A DNA stretch of 58,365 nucleotides, from the NCBI GenBank assembly GCA_036139835.1, contig JAYZYW010000042.1, positions 1 to 58,365 of the forward strand. The letters run 5' to 3'. Both the position numbers and the translations under genes were made by a program. The DNA is from Bacteroidota bacterium. Its GTDB lineage: Bacteria > Bacteroidota > Bacteroidia > Flavobacteriales > BACL11. The notes under the pieces were generated by a model. The model was not told the DNA's origin, ran no database searches, and saw only the letters and a list, made by a program, of their open reading frames with translations. Of the stretch, positions 8,679 through 18,653 are shown in pieces; position 1 is the stretch's first letter; each line of letters opens with the position of its first letter.

Positions 8679-9518
8679 ATGAGACTTATTATTTTCTTTC
8701 TCCTATTATTTGGAAACTTAGGATTTAGTCAAAATTCAATTAACTACTTAGGCACTTTAATTCTTAGTGACAATACGCCTATTAGTTTTAAACTTGAGCT
8801 TATTGAGGAAAGAGGTATAGTAAGCGGTTCCTCAATTACAAATATTGGAACAAAAGACGAAACAATAAGTGAAATTACTGGGTTATATTTTAAATCTGAT
8901 AAATCTTTTCAATTGCAAGAAACTCAAATTTTACAAACAAGTTCAGAAGCACCATTAAATACTTTCTGCTACATCAACATGAACTTATCCTTTAAAGGTA
9001 TATTTGGGAGCAAGCGTTTAGAGGGGAAATTTACAGGAAACTTTTTAGACAGTACTGAGTGTGCTAGCGGGAAAATAACCCTAATGGAAGAAAAAAAACT
9101 GAAAAAGAAAATTGAAAAAGTAAAAAAGAAAATCAAAAAGAAGTCCCAAGAGAAAGATAATAAAAAACCCTTAGTACAAAAAACAAAAATTCTGAAAAAT
9201 GGAGATAATTTCGTTATAAACTGGCAAAGTAAAAAGATCACATTATTTATTTGGGATGCCAACAAAGAAGATGGAGATAAAATAGAATTAAAAATAAACA
9301 ACAAGATGATCCTGGATAATTTTGAAACAAAAAATAAACAAAAGAAAATAACATCCAGATTACAAGAAGGAGAAAACATTATTGAGATAAAAGCAATAAA
9401 TATAGGGACATCACCACCCAACACAAGCCGTATTGAGTTAATGGACAATAAAACAAAATATCCTATAATAACTCAGCTAGAACTAGGAAAATCTGTGATA
9501 ATAAAAGTTGTAAAGTAA
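8679..9518 (+). CDS. Secreted hypothetical protein with two domains and a Lys-rich linker
   Basis: 279 aa. Signal peptide MRLIIFFLLLFGNLGFSQ and a central EEKKLKKKIEKVKKKIKKKSQEKDNKK linker. I recognise no family. Confidence 0.6.
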   Translation: MRLIIFFLLLFGNLGFSQNSINYLGTLILSDNTPISFKLELIEERGIVSGSSITNIGTKDETISEITGLYFKSDKSFQLQETQILQTSSEAPLNTFCYINMNLSFKGIFGSKRLEGKFTGNFLDSTECASGKITLMEEKKLKKKIEKVKKKIKKKSQEKDNKKPLVQKTKILKNGDNFVINWQSKKITLFIWDANKEDGDKIELKINNKMILDNFETKNKQKKITSRLQEGENIIEIKAINIGTSPPNTSRIELMDNKTKYPIITQLELGKSVIIKVVK

Positions 9519-9550
9519 AAAGATCCCAGAAACTTAGTGCTGAGATCTTT
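9519..9550. terminator. Candidate bidirectional hairpin terminator between the 8679 gene and the convergent tRNA
   Basis: AAAGATCCCAG (9519-9529) pairs with CTGAGATCTTT (9540-9550) with one mismatch and a 10-nt loop. It sits between two convergent transcription units. Confidence 0.35.
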
Positions 9551-9558
9551 ATTGTTTG

Positions 9559-9632
9559 TGAACTCGGAGGGATTCGAACCCCCAACCTCCAGAGCCGTAA
9601 TCTAGTGCACTATCCAGTTATGCTACGAGTCC
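9559..9632 (-). tRNA. tRNA-Arg (anticodon ACG)
   Basis: The reverse complement folds by hand as GGACTCG-TA-GCAT/AACTGGATA/GTGC-A-CTAGA/TTACGGC/TCTGG-AGGTT-GGGGG/TTCGAAT/CCCTC-CGAGTTC-A. The cloverleaf is complete, the T-loop is TTCGAAT, and CCA is not encoded. Confidence 0.93.
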
Positions 9633-9678
9633 TAAAACGGTGGCAAATATAATTTATTTAGTAACGAAATCTTCTTAA

Positions 9679-9948
9679 TTAAAAAATTTCTACATCTAAT
9701 CCATAAAGCGCTAAATCTTCTTGTAATAGAATTAAATCTTGCATGTTTCCAATAGCAATCTCACAACTTCCTTTGTAATGTGCAAGAAAAGCACATTGTT
9801 CAGCTTGCAATTCATTATGCTCACAAATTGTAACTAAACAATTAATTACATGTTCAAAAGTATTGTATTCATCATTAATTAAATAAAGAGCTTTCTCTGA
9901 AGTTTTAGCAGCACAAGCTTTAGATGACAATTTAGGTGACTTTTTCAT
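9679..9948 (-). CDS. clpS: ATP-dependent Clp protease adaptor ClpS
   Basis: 89 aa. The YLINDEYNTFEHVINCL...QAEQCAFLAHYKGSCEI core is typical of ClpS. Confidence 0.8.
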   Translation of the reverse strand: MKKSPKLSSKACAAKTSEKALYLINDEYNTFEHVINCLVTICEHNELQAEQCAFLAHYKGSCEIAIGNMQDLILLQEDLALYGLDVEIF

Positions 9949-9953
9949 AGTAA

Positions 9954-10586
9954 TTATTTTTTACCAAATTTAACTTTTGTTTCTTCTCCTCTTATTAATC
10001 TCTCAATATTTTTTTGATGAGTTATTAACGATAAAATTGGAACAAAAATTGCAAACAAATTTAAAGACTCATTAGTAGAGTTTAAAAAAATCATAACAAA
10101 GAATGGAAAAGCCATAGATGCAATCATTGAAGCAAGCGAAACATATCTTGAAATCATAAGAGTAAAAATAAATAAACAAAAAGAAAACAATGCTGCGTAA
10201 AACTCTAACCCAATTAAAAGTCCAAACATGGTTGCAATACCCTTGCCTCCTCTAAATCCAGTATAGATAGGAAACAAGTGCCCAATTACTGCAGCAATAC
10301 CAAAAGCTAACTGATTTTCAAAAAATAATTCAGAAGGCAATGAAGATGTGTCACGAATTAACCCAGCATAATTAACAGCCAACCATCCTTTAAAAATATC
10401 CATAAAAAGCACAGGAATACCTGCTACTTTACCTAATACACGAAAAGTATTTGTAGCACCAGCATTTCCACTTCCATATTCACGAACATCAATATTATAA
10501 AAAGTTCTACCTACCCAAACTGCAGAAGGAAATGCTCCTGTTAAATAGGCAAGTAACACTAATAATACAATTTCTAAAGTGATCAT
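9954..10586 (-). CDS. plsY: Glycerol-3-phosphate acyltransferase PlsY
   Basis: 210 aa polytopic protein. GSGNAGATN and FRGGKG motifs. Confidence 0.92.
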   Translation of the reverse strand: MITLEIVLLVLLAYLTGAFPSAVWVGRTFYNIDVREYGSGNAGATNTFRVLGKVAGIPVLFMDIFKGWLAVNYAGLIRDTSSLPSELFFENQLAFGIAAVIGHLFPIYTGFRGGKGIATMFGLLIGLEFYAALFSFCLFIFTLMISRYVSLASMIASMAFPFFVMIFLNSTNESLNLFAIFVPILSLITHQKNIERLIRGEETKVKFGKK

Positions 10587-10608
10587 TTAAGAGCTGGAAA
10601 GATAATAA

Positions 10609-13600
10609 TTAATACTTTTTCTTAATTTGTTTTAAAAACTTCTCAGTAATATCATCAGAAGCAGACATATAACGATAAGCTGGGGCACCCTTACTTCTTT
10701 TAGGCTTTCTTTTTTCTGCATCTATCTCATTAATTGCTGTAGTGAAATCTGGATTAGTTGACCAAGCACGCATTACACCATTTTTATATTGAAAATAATA
10801 TTCATCATAGAGGTCTGTCAGCAAGTAAATAGTTAGCACATCAGTATTCTGTCCTTTTTCAATAATTAAATAACCTTCAACTGTTGAATTAACTTGCCTA
10901 TCCATAATACTACTTACCGCAATAGCCCCTCTTGCGATATACGCTTTATTTTCATTATCCCATTTCAATGTTGTTTTTGCAAATACAATGGAATGTTTCA
11001 TCTCATCTGGAAACTTAGAATATTCATCGGTCATTTCCAAATCAACAAGTAAAATCTCACCCCTTTCTTTCCCTACAACCCTAGCTAAATTTTTCGCAAA
11101 ACTCTCATCATATTCAAACAGTTCTTCACCAGGAGCCCCATACAAATCCTCTGCCATAACTTTCAAAGCATCTTCTGAAAAGAAAAAATCCAACATCAAG
11201 AAACCTTCTAATTCTGTTTTTTGAGAATGTATATTGTGCGTAACATTTCCAATAGATTGAAGTTTAACTTGTCCTAAATTAAGATTTAAATCCATAATTC
11301 CTTCTCCAGATGTAGCACAAGTTTTATCATATAAAGTATAATAATTTGCAAAAACATCAGGGCCACCAACAATATATGCAGATTTCTTATTATCATATTG
11401 CAAAGTATAAGAAGCTGAAAGTACACTTACATCAAGTGCCGTACGCTTCTTTTTACTTAAAAATGTTGAATAGAAATCTGTAGAATCAAAACTCATAACA
11501 AGTGCTGCTGACAAAAGATCATCTGCCTCATTATATATTTTTTCATCCAATGTAAACTTTATATTCTTAGGATCAACTTTTGATCTAAATTTTATCCATT
11601 CTTTATCCAATAAAGCACAATCATGATTTGCCATAAAGTATCCATCAAAAGTTAGATTTTTCTGATCAGCAATTAAATCAACACTTCCTTTAAAATCAAA
11701 CTTACTATCAATATGAAATACCTTATCTGTAGCAACATCCCCTCTAGCAATTGTTATTGTATCCTCATCTACTTTTATTTCTTTGAAGAAAATCTGTTGT
11801 TCATTATTCGTAGCATCTTTATAAGTGTAATCACCATTTCCTGTATAATTATGTGCTGATTTTATATTTACAGTAGCATTAGTAAATGTATGGTATTCCG
11901 TTAAATCATCTGCTAAAATATTAGCCCCATACAAAGTTTCAATTACAGCTTTTTTTGCAATAGTCACTATACCTGAATCTGGATAAATTATTGCATCAGC
12001 AACTGCTATATTTTCCACTCCATCTGCATGAATTATATAATCCTTTAAACTATAAAAAGCAGTTTTTGCAAAAAAGCTTAAGGAGTCTTGAGTAGGATGA
12101 ATAGACACAAATTCAGAGCCTGCGCCACTAGCAACTTCATCCCCTAATGTTAAAGATTCTTCATCCATGCGCCATCTCAACTTGTCAATATACGATATAT
12201 ATTGATTTGCGGGAAGCTCTACATAAGAACCCGAACCATTAGAATTAAAAATTCCTTCACGCATTACTAAATCGATATGAGTCTTTAAATTATTTGCCTT
12301 AAAAGCTAAATTCCCCCCATCTTCAAACACTCTTAAACTAGCAGTATCAGAACCAAACCAATTTGCATTATAAGTAAACAGATTAGCATTGACCTTCGCT
12401 TTATCAAGAGACATAATACCAGCACCTGTGAGTCCAGTTGGTCGCATTAATAGATTCCCATTAAAAGTAACTTGAGATTGATAAAAGTCAAATTCATCTT
12501 TTGTTTTATAAATATTTAATCTATCATTATACGGTTCAAAATGAGCATACGTCTCAGTATTCTTTACATCAGGGAACTCAATACCTATTGCAACCTCAGT
12601 AATTGCAAATACTTGCGTGTAAAGGTTAGTTGAATCAGGGAAAAAGAAAATCTCATCAGCACTTGCTTTTGATGTCAGATACTCAAGATCACCGCTCCCT
12701 TTTAACCCTTTATGGCTCAAATGAATATCATGATAATACTTCCCTTTACCACCATAAATTACAAACCCATCATCAGGAGTCTTTCGAGTAAATCCTAAAG
12801 AATAATCTTCTTGTAACCTCAAAGTATCGTTAAAAGTTGGAAAGATACCTGCAGATTCAAAAACACCCGAAAACGATAAGCCTTTTCCTGTATAATTATC
12901 TAAACTATCAATCTCAAAAGGATCTAAATGGAATGAAAATCTATCTCTGTTATACACACCATCATAAATTGATTCTTTATCATAATAGGCATACGAATCA
13001 TAATGGGAGCGGAAAATAGGAAATCCAGGAAAACTATCTTTTCTAATTCCTGATTTATTGGTTGGATCATCAATTCTAAGATCACCTGTTACTGCTTCTA
13101 TTACTGTTTTAATAGGTGTTAACATAGCATTGCCGTACATATCTTTTTTTATTGGCTGTACTGGCACAGAAAGTTGAACAGAATCAATATGATTTAAATC
13201 AACTTTAAAATCATCATAATGAAATAAGAACTCTCTACCAAACAGCTTTAATCTCCCCTTACCTGCAAAAACTTGACCATTAAAAATAAAATCTCTATTT
13301 TTTTTCACAACAACCAATCCATTTTTTGGATATAAATACACACCTCTTTTTTTACTTACTTCAACATTATGAATACCTATAATATTCAAATCCTTTGTTT
13401 CTAAATTTAATGCAGCATTTACCAAATGTTTATCTCCTGTTTTATAGTCTGCTGGTTTAACAATAGAATTAAATGAAATGACATCATAATCACCTAAATC
13501 AGAGGCAGCAGCGACATAATTATATAATTTAGGAAGCACAGTAATTCTTTCTAAACCAAAATCATAAAATATAAACCCATATCTAGACAATCTAATCAGT

Positions 13601-15066
13601 AAAGTCTGAATTTGATGTAGCGGAAAACGTGCAAAACGAGCAAAATCTGCTACATAAATTTCCTCCTCCTGTTTCTCTTGGACATAATTATTAAGTAAAA
13701 ATAAAGGATGTACAGCATCAATACCCCCTAATATTATATGTAGAGCGCTATCAAATCTTGCAACAGACTCAAAAGAAACTTTAGATACAGCTGTACCAGG
13801 TAATGATCCAAAGGTAATAATATCTTGATCAATATTCCATTCTAATAACTCAAAATCCATAGTAAGGTTATGATAAGTGTTTAACATAGTAGCACTTGAT
13901 AACCCATTTGCATCTCTATATAATTGCAATTGCCTTTTACTATCAATATATTTAAAATGAATATTTGCATGATAAATAGAATCATTATCAAAGAAAATTT
14001 TAACACCAGCTGATTGGGAAACTATTCTATCAGAACCTATACTAAATCTATCTGCATTTGCAATAAAAACTTCTTTGCCATTTCTTTTAAAAACAATTTT
14101 TGCCTCAGCATAATCGCCACCATCTGCAACAAATTCTTTTCCTTGGATTTTATACCCTCCTCTATAATCAATATTTGGAAAAATTTCTTTAAGCTCTACA
14201 TTCTTACTATAAGAAATGAATCTAGGATACATCTCAGCTTGTTTTCCTTTAGTAAGTTTATTGACTACTTGTCCAACAATCGGTTCTGAAAAAATATACT
14301 TATTATAAAAAATGGAGGAATCCGCAACAACTTCACTTTTTCTAGTATCTATCTTATATGATTGAACCTCAGCAAAAACTGAATCCTTTGAATATCCATA
14401 TGATTCCCAATTCATCAACCCATCTTGCCCATACCATTTAGTTGAAACGAAGTAATATTTTCCTTTAGTACCAAAAATAGTGTAAGAACCATCAGAAGAA
14501 GAACAGCTTAAATCGAATGGAATATCAAAAATAATTACTGGTTCAATCATTTCAAATGCAAAATGAAAATCAGTACTACTTACCCTCCACTGAGCTGATT
14601 TACTTGCCCTTAAGATATTTTTGCTCACCAAATCAATAGTAAATGCACAAAATAATATTAATTTCTTAGTAGTAGTACCATCTACTGTTTCTCCAACAAC
14701 CTTCAGCCATTCTAACAACAAGGCATCTCCTTTATCACTATTATTCACACTAATAATTGCTAATAAAAACTTGGAGAAATGAGGATTTGGTCTTAACCTC
14801 TTTGATAACATCTTATTAGAAATCTGAACTATATTTACTTTTTCTATTTCTGATAAAGTCTCCGAATTCTTTAAGAATTTTTTATAAACAGATTTTAGCT
14901 CATCATTATCAGTAGCTGTCATAAATCCATCTAACTCTGAAAGGTAAGATGAAAATTCATTTGAGAATTCCTTTAGTTTCTCCTTCTTCTGAGAAAAAGC
15001 AGTTAAAGAAAAAAGTAGAGCAAATACAAACAGTATTAAACTCTTTTTAAATGTAGCATTTGCCAT
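10609..15066 (-). CDS. Very large secreted hypothetical protein (1485 aa)
   Basis: Uninterrupted 4.4-kb ORF. Signal peptide MANATFKKSLILFVFALLFSLTAFSQ. No T9SS tail is visible (it ends KFLKQIKKKY) and I recognise no motif. The start overlaps the prmA 3' end by 31 nt. Confidence 0.8.
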   Translation of the reverse strand: MANATFKKSLILFVFALLFSLTAFSQKKEKLKEFSNEFSSYLSELDGFMTATDNDELKSVYKKFLKNSETLSEIEKVNIVQISNKMLSKRLRPNPHFSKFLLAIISVNNSDKGDALLLEWLKVVGETVDGTTTKKLILFCAFTIDLVSKNILRASKSAQWRVSSTDFHFAFEMIEPVIIFDIPFDLSCSSSDGSYTIFGTKGKYYFVSTKWYGQDGLMNWESYGYSKDSVFAEVQSYKIDTRKSEVVADSSIFYNKYIFSEPIVGQVVNKLTKGKQAEMYPRFISYSKNVELKEIFPNIDYRGGYKIQGKEFVADGGDYAEAKIVFKRNGKEVFIANADRFSIGSDRIVSQSAGVKIFFDNDSIYHANIHFKYIDSKRQLQLYRDANGLSSATMLNTYHNLTMDFELLEWNIDQDIITFGSLPGTAVSKVSFESVARFDSALHIILGGIDAVHPLFLLNNYVQEKQEEEIYVADFARFARFPLHQIQTLLIRLSRYGFIFYDFGLERITVLPKLYNYVAAASDLGDYDVISFNSIVKPADYKTGDKHLVNAALNLETKDLNIIGIHNVEVSKKRGVYLYPKNGLVVVKKNRDFIFNGQVFAGKGRLKLFGREFLFHYDDFKVDLNHIDSVQLSVPVQPIKKDMYGNAMLTPIKTVIEAVTGDLRIDDPTNKSGIRKDSFPGFPIFRSHYDSYAYYDKESIYDGVYNRDRFSFHLDPFEIDSLDNYTGKGLSFSGVFESAGIFPTFNDTLRLQEDYSLGFTRKTPDDGFVIYGGKGKYYHDIHLSHKGLKGSGDLEYLTSKASADEIFFFPDSTNLYTQVFAITEVAIGIEFPDVKNTETYAHFEPYNDRLNIYKTKDEFDFYQSQVTFNGNLLMRPTGLTGAGIMSLDKAKVNANLFTYNANWFGSDTASLRVFEDGGNLAFKANNLKTHIDLVMREGIFNSNGSGSYVELPANQYISYIDKLRWRMDEESLTLGDEVASGAGSEFVSIHPTQDSLSFFAKTAFYSLKDYIIHADGVENIAVADAIIYPDSGIVTIAKKAVIETLYGANILADDLTEYHTFTNATVNIKSAHNYTGNGDYTYKDATNNEQQIFFKEIKVDEDTITIARGDVATDKVFHIDSKFDFKGSVDLIADQKNLTFDGYFMANHDCALLDKEWIKFRSKVDPKNIKFTLDEKIYNEADDLLSAALVMSFDSTDFYSTFLSKKKRTALDVSVLSASYTLQYDNKKSAYIVGGPDVFANYYTLYDKTCATSGEGIMDLNLNLGQVKLQSIGNVTHNIHSQKTELEGFLMLDFFFSEDALKVMAEDLYGAPGEELFEYDESFAKNLARVVGKERGEILLVDLEMTDEYSKFPDEMKHSIVFAKTTLKWDNENKAYIARGAIAVSSIMDRQVNSTVEGYLIIEKGQNTDVLTIYLLTDLYDEYYFQYKNGVMRAWSTNPDFTTAINEIDAEKRKPKRSKGAPAYRYMSASDDITEKFLKQIKKKY

Positions 15067-15869
15067 TTTTTTTTATTTTTTAAGCCAACTAATTCCAAAC
15101 CAAATTTTGCAGTTTTCTCTAAAATTAAAGGAATATCCTTTTCTAGAAATCCACTTAAAAGAATTCTTGCAGCATCTTTCATTACACTTGCATAAATTTC
15201 AATATTATCAAGTATGCTATTCCTATTAATATTTGCTAAAATAACATCATATTTTTCGTTACCAAGAACATTTTCATCACCATGAATAAAGTGAATATTT
15301 GAAATATTATTTAATCCCGCATTCTCCTTAGCATTCTGAAATGCCCAATAATCAAAATCAATTCCGACTAAATCTCTAGCACCTAGTTTTGATGCTAAAA
15401 TTGCCAGAACACCAGTACCACTTCCCATATCTAAAACAGATTTTTCTTTAAAATCCAAATCAAACATTTCATTCATCATTAATAATGTAGTTTCATGATG
15501 TCCAGTACCAAAGGACATTTTAGGCGTAATAATAATTTCATATTTAACATCTGTAATAGCATTATGAAAATGAGCGCGAATTACACAATTCTCATTAATA
15601 ACAACAGGAGTATAATTTCTTTCCCACTGCGCATTCCAATTTTCCTGTTTTATTTTACTTATTGTAAACGAAAGTTCTGTTAACTCTGAAATCTCAGATA
15701 TAATTTCTTTTACAATATCTTTATTGAATCGTTGAGTTTGCACATATGCTTTTATTCCATTTTCATATTCAGCATAAGATTCAAATTCAATTTCATTTAG
15801 TTTTGCAACTAAAATATCTGCAAATGGATTAACTTCCTTTAATCTGATATTAACCTCAGTATATTCCAT
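15036..15869 (-). CDS. prmA: Ribosomal protein L11 methyltransferase
   Basis: 277 aa. SAM-binding VLDMGSGTGVLAI and FGTGHHETT motifs. The ATG shares one nucleotide with the tpiA stop (TAATG). Confidence 0.9.
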   Translation of the reverse strand: MEYTEVNIRLKEVNPFADILVAKLNEIEFESYAEYENGIKAYVQTQRFNKDIVKEIISEISELTELSFTISKIKQENWNAQWERNYTPVVINENCVIRAHFHNAITDVKYEIIITPKMSFGTGHHETTLLMMNEMFDLDFKEKSVLDMGSGTGVLAILASKLGARDLVGIDFDYWAFQNAKENAGLNNISNIHFIHGDENVLGNEKYDVILANINRNSILDNIEIYASVMKDAARILLSGFLEKDIPLILEKTAKFGLELVGLKNKKKWQMLHLKRV

Positions 15870-16624
15870 TAAAATGAATTAATTATTGACACAAAATTAT
15901 CTGCATCTAATGATGCTCCACCAATCAATCCCCCATCAATATCTTGTTGACAAAATAGCTCGACAGCATTTGAAGAATTACAACTTCCTCCATATAAAAT
16001 TGAAGTATTCTGGGCAATCTCACTGCCATATTTTGCTTCAATAACACTTCTGACAAAGCTATGAACTTCTTGCGCCTGATCTGAGCTTGCTGTAATCCCA
16101 GTTCCAATTGCCCAAATAGGTTCGTATGCTATAACAATTTTAGTAAATTCTGCTGCTGATAAATGAAATAAACTTTCCAAAATCTGTGATCTAATCCATT
16201 CAAAATGCACTCCGCCTTCCCTTTGTTCTAAACTCTCTCCACAACAAAAAATTACTTCTAAATTATTTGCAAATGCTTGCTCAACTTTTAATTTTAATAG
16301 TTCATTTGTTTCATTAAAATTAGCTCTCCTCTCAGAATGTCCTAAAATGACATATTTAGCACCATATGAAACTATCATTTCAGCTGAGACCTCCCCAGTG
16401 AAAGCCCCTTTCTTACTTGCACTACAATCCTGTGATGCTGCAAATACATTGGCTGTGTTGGCACACAATTTTGTCACTTTATATAAATGAACAAATGAAG
16501 GAGCAAAAACTACTTCTGTTTTGTTTGCTGATGACAACTTCTTTAAAACCTCCTCCACAAGAGTAATCCCTTCAAATCTATTTAAATTCATTTTCCAATT
16601 TCCTACAACTATATTTTTTCTCAT
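15869..16624 (-). CDS. tpiA: Triose-phosphate isomerase
   Basis: 251 aa. VGNWKMN, GHSERR, AYEPIWAIGTG and GGASL motifs. Confidence 0.95.
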   Translation of the reverse strand: MRKNIVVGNWKMNLNRFEGITLVEEVLKKLSSANKTEVVFAPSFVHLYKVTKLCANTANVFAASQDCSASKKGAFTGEVSAEMIVSYGAKYVILGHSERRANFNETNELLKLKVEQAFANNLEVIFCCGESLEQREGGVHFEWIRSQILESLFHLSAAEFTKIVIAYEPIWAIGTGITASSDQAQEVHSFVRSVIEAKYGSEIAQNTSILYGGSCNSSNAVELFCQQDIDGGLIGGASLDADNFVSIINSF

Positions 16625-16625
16625 T

Positions 16626-17702
16626 TTAACTAAGTCTTATTCGGGGATCAAGCCACCCATAAATTAAATCTACTATTATATTTATTATTACAAAAATTGA
16701 AGCAATAAATAGCACTGAACCCATAACAACAGGTAAGTCCATTTTATTTAAAGCATCTACTATTTCTTTTCCGATCCCATTCCAAGCAAAGATGTATTCC
16801 ACAAAAACGGCTCCAGCTAACATGGATGCAAACCAGCCTGAAACAGCTGTAAGTACTGGATTTAATGCATTTCTTAAAGAATGCTTAAAAATTACCGTAA
16901 ATTTACTTAATCCTTTAGCTGTTGCGGTACGAACATAATCCATAGATAACACTTCTAATAATGAGTTTCTACAAAGTTGTATTATTACTGATAATGGTCG
17001 AATACCTAGCGTAACTGCTGGTAATATTAAATTTTTAATTTGTAAGAATGATCCTCTTCCATAATCATCAACCTCATAAAGATTCCCCGTCATATTTAAA
17101 CCAGTGTATTTGTGCAAAACAAAACCAAAAAACCAAGCAATAATAATAGAAGCAAAAAAAGAAGGTAATGACATTCCTAACGCTGAAACAGACAAGATTA
17201 AATTATCCATAAAGGTATCCTTATATAATGCAGAAAACACGCCTAAAATCAATCCTAAAAACAACGCAAGAGCTATAGAAGAAAGTGCTAAAATAAAAGT
17301 GTTTTTAAAAGCATCTCCTAATATTATTGTAACAGGTCTCCCAGTTCGCACAAAAGACTCCCTAAGATAAGGAACTTTAAAAACTAGTGTGTAATCAGCA
17401 ATAGAAAATAATCGTTTGAATTGATATTTGCCATTAATTAAAGAAGTAAAAGCAGCAACATTATTATGATGAATTGATAAAGGTGAAATATCATTCAAAT
17501 ACAGAGCATATTGCTCTCCTAACGAACGATCAAAACCATACTTATGTTTTATAATGGCTAACTGATTTGAATCTTCACGCTTATCCAGCATCATACGAGC
17601 AGGATCTCCAGGCAATACATTAAATAAAAAGAAAACTAATGTAAGTACCCCCCATAAAACAAGGATGCCATAAGTTATCTTTTTAAAAATGTATGTGATC
17701 AA
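16626..17702 (-). CDS. ABC transporter permease, DppB/OppB type (orphan; no ATPase or binding protein nearby)
   Basis: 358 aa. N-terminus VLTLVFFLFNVLPGDPARMM and the EAA-type loop DYVRTATAKGLS. Confidence 0.85.
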   Translation of the reverse strand: MITYIFKKITYGILVLWGVLTLVFFLFNVLPGDPARMMLDKREDSNQLAIIKHKYGFDRSLGEQYALYLNDISPLSIHHNNVAAFTSLINGKYQFKRLFSIADYTLVFKVPYLRESFVRTGRPVTIILGDAFKNTFILALSSIALALFLGLILGVFSALYKDTFMDNLILSVSALGMSLPSFFASIIIAWFFGFVLHKYTGLNMTGNLYEVDDYGRGSFLQIKNLILPAVTLGIRPLSVIIQLCRNSLLEVLSMDYVRTATAKGLSKFTVIFKHSLRNALNPVLTAVSGWFASMLAGAVFVEYIFAWNGIGKEIVDALNKMDLPVVMGSVLFIASIFVIINIIVDLIYGWLDPRIRLS

Positions 17703-17705
17703 ATG

Positions 17706-18650
17706 TTATTTTTTACTTTCTAAAATTCTTTTTAAGTCTTGAGGGGAAAATGCTCTTTCTCCTGTACCCTCATAAAGCCTAACTTGTCTTACTCCATCAT
17801 ATAGAATAACAACTGGATTATCATAATCAGGAAAAGTAATTTCCATATAGCTATCAATTTCATCAGTATCATAATTATGCTGAGGCATTACTTGATATGG
17901 ATATTTGCTTCCTGTAAATTCAAAGAATGATGGGATATTATATTCTTCAGCATCTGAAAAGATAATATGTAATTGAGGAAAATCATCAGTTAAGTTAGAA
18001 AGCGAATCTAAGCTCCTTGCGGCATGCTGACAATGTTCGCAGCCCGCATCAAAAAAGCATAAAATCTTTCTTTCTCCTGAATTTACAAAATCTTCATTAT
18101 CTACAAAAGAAATAAAACTATTTCCTTCAGATTTGCTTTGTGATGAAATAGGAAGAAAAGCAAACATTAGAGTAGAAATTAACAGAAATAATATCATTAA
18201 ATTTGAGAGTCTCCCGGTAATATCCTCTGATTTTTTATAAATAAAAGCTAAAACAATTAAAGTTAATATATTTTTAATGAGTGCCTCTAAAGGTGTCATA
18301 GGAATTAACTCTCCGAAACATCCACAATTCTCAGAATTACCGAAGATCTGAGTAGATAAATGAATACTAAACACAGCAACCATAATAAAAGCAAGTGGGA
18401 CTATTATCTTTTTCAAATAGTTATTAAATAAAATTGTAATTGCAAGAAATAATTCTGCACCAATAATAAATCTAGAAAAATAAGGAGCCAAACTTTCTGA
18501 AAATCCCATTGGGATTAATTGCCCTTGCTCAAATATTTTTGTGATTCCATACATTGGTATTGGATACAGTTTTGCAACTACAGAAAGCAAAAACAAAGCT
18601 GAAATCAATATTCTTAAAGTAAGTACTATTTGGTTATTTTGTGTTTTCAT
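17706..18650 (-). CDS. Fusion of a MauE/DoxX-like membrane domain with a thioredoxin-like CxxC domain
   Basis: 314 aa. About 5 N-terminal TM helices with a CGCFGE motif. The C-terminal soluble domain carries FFDAGCEHCQHAA. Confidence 0.65.
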   Translation of the reverse strand: MKTQNNQIVLTLRILISALFLLSVVAKLYPIPMYGITKIFEQGQLIPMGFSESLAPYFSRFIIGAELFLAITILFNNYLKKIIVPLAFIMVAVFSIHLSTQIFGNSENCGCFGELIPMTPLEALIKNILTLIVLAFIYKKSEDITGRLSNLMILFLLISTLMFAFLPISSQSKSEGNSFISFVDNEDFVNSGERKILCFFDAGCEHCQHAARSLDSLSNLTDDFPQLHIIFSDAEEYNIPSFFEFTGSKYPYQVMPQHNYDTDEIDSYMEITFPDYDNPVVILYDGVRQVRLYEGTGERAFSPQDLKRILESKK

Positions 18651-18653
18651 AAA

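Noticed and set aside
8969-9448. 159-aa minus-strand ORF antisense to the 8679-9518 gene
   Set aside because: It is a shadow ORF. Its Phe/Leu/Ser-rich low-complexity sequence is just the complement of the Lys/Glu-rich linker on the plus strand.
8194-9678. Genomic island next to tRNA-Arg
   Set aside because: There is no integrase, no direct repeat of the tRNA 3' end and no compositional shift. The neighbours are small conserved-looking Bacteroidota envelope proteins.
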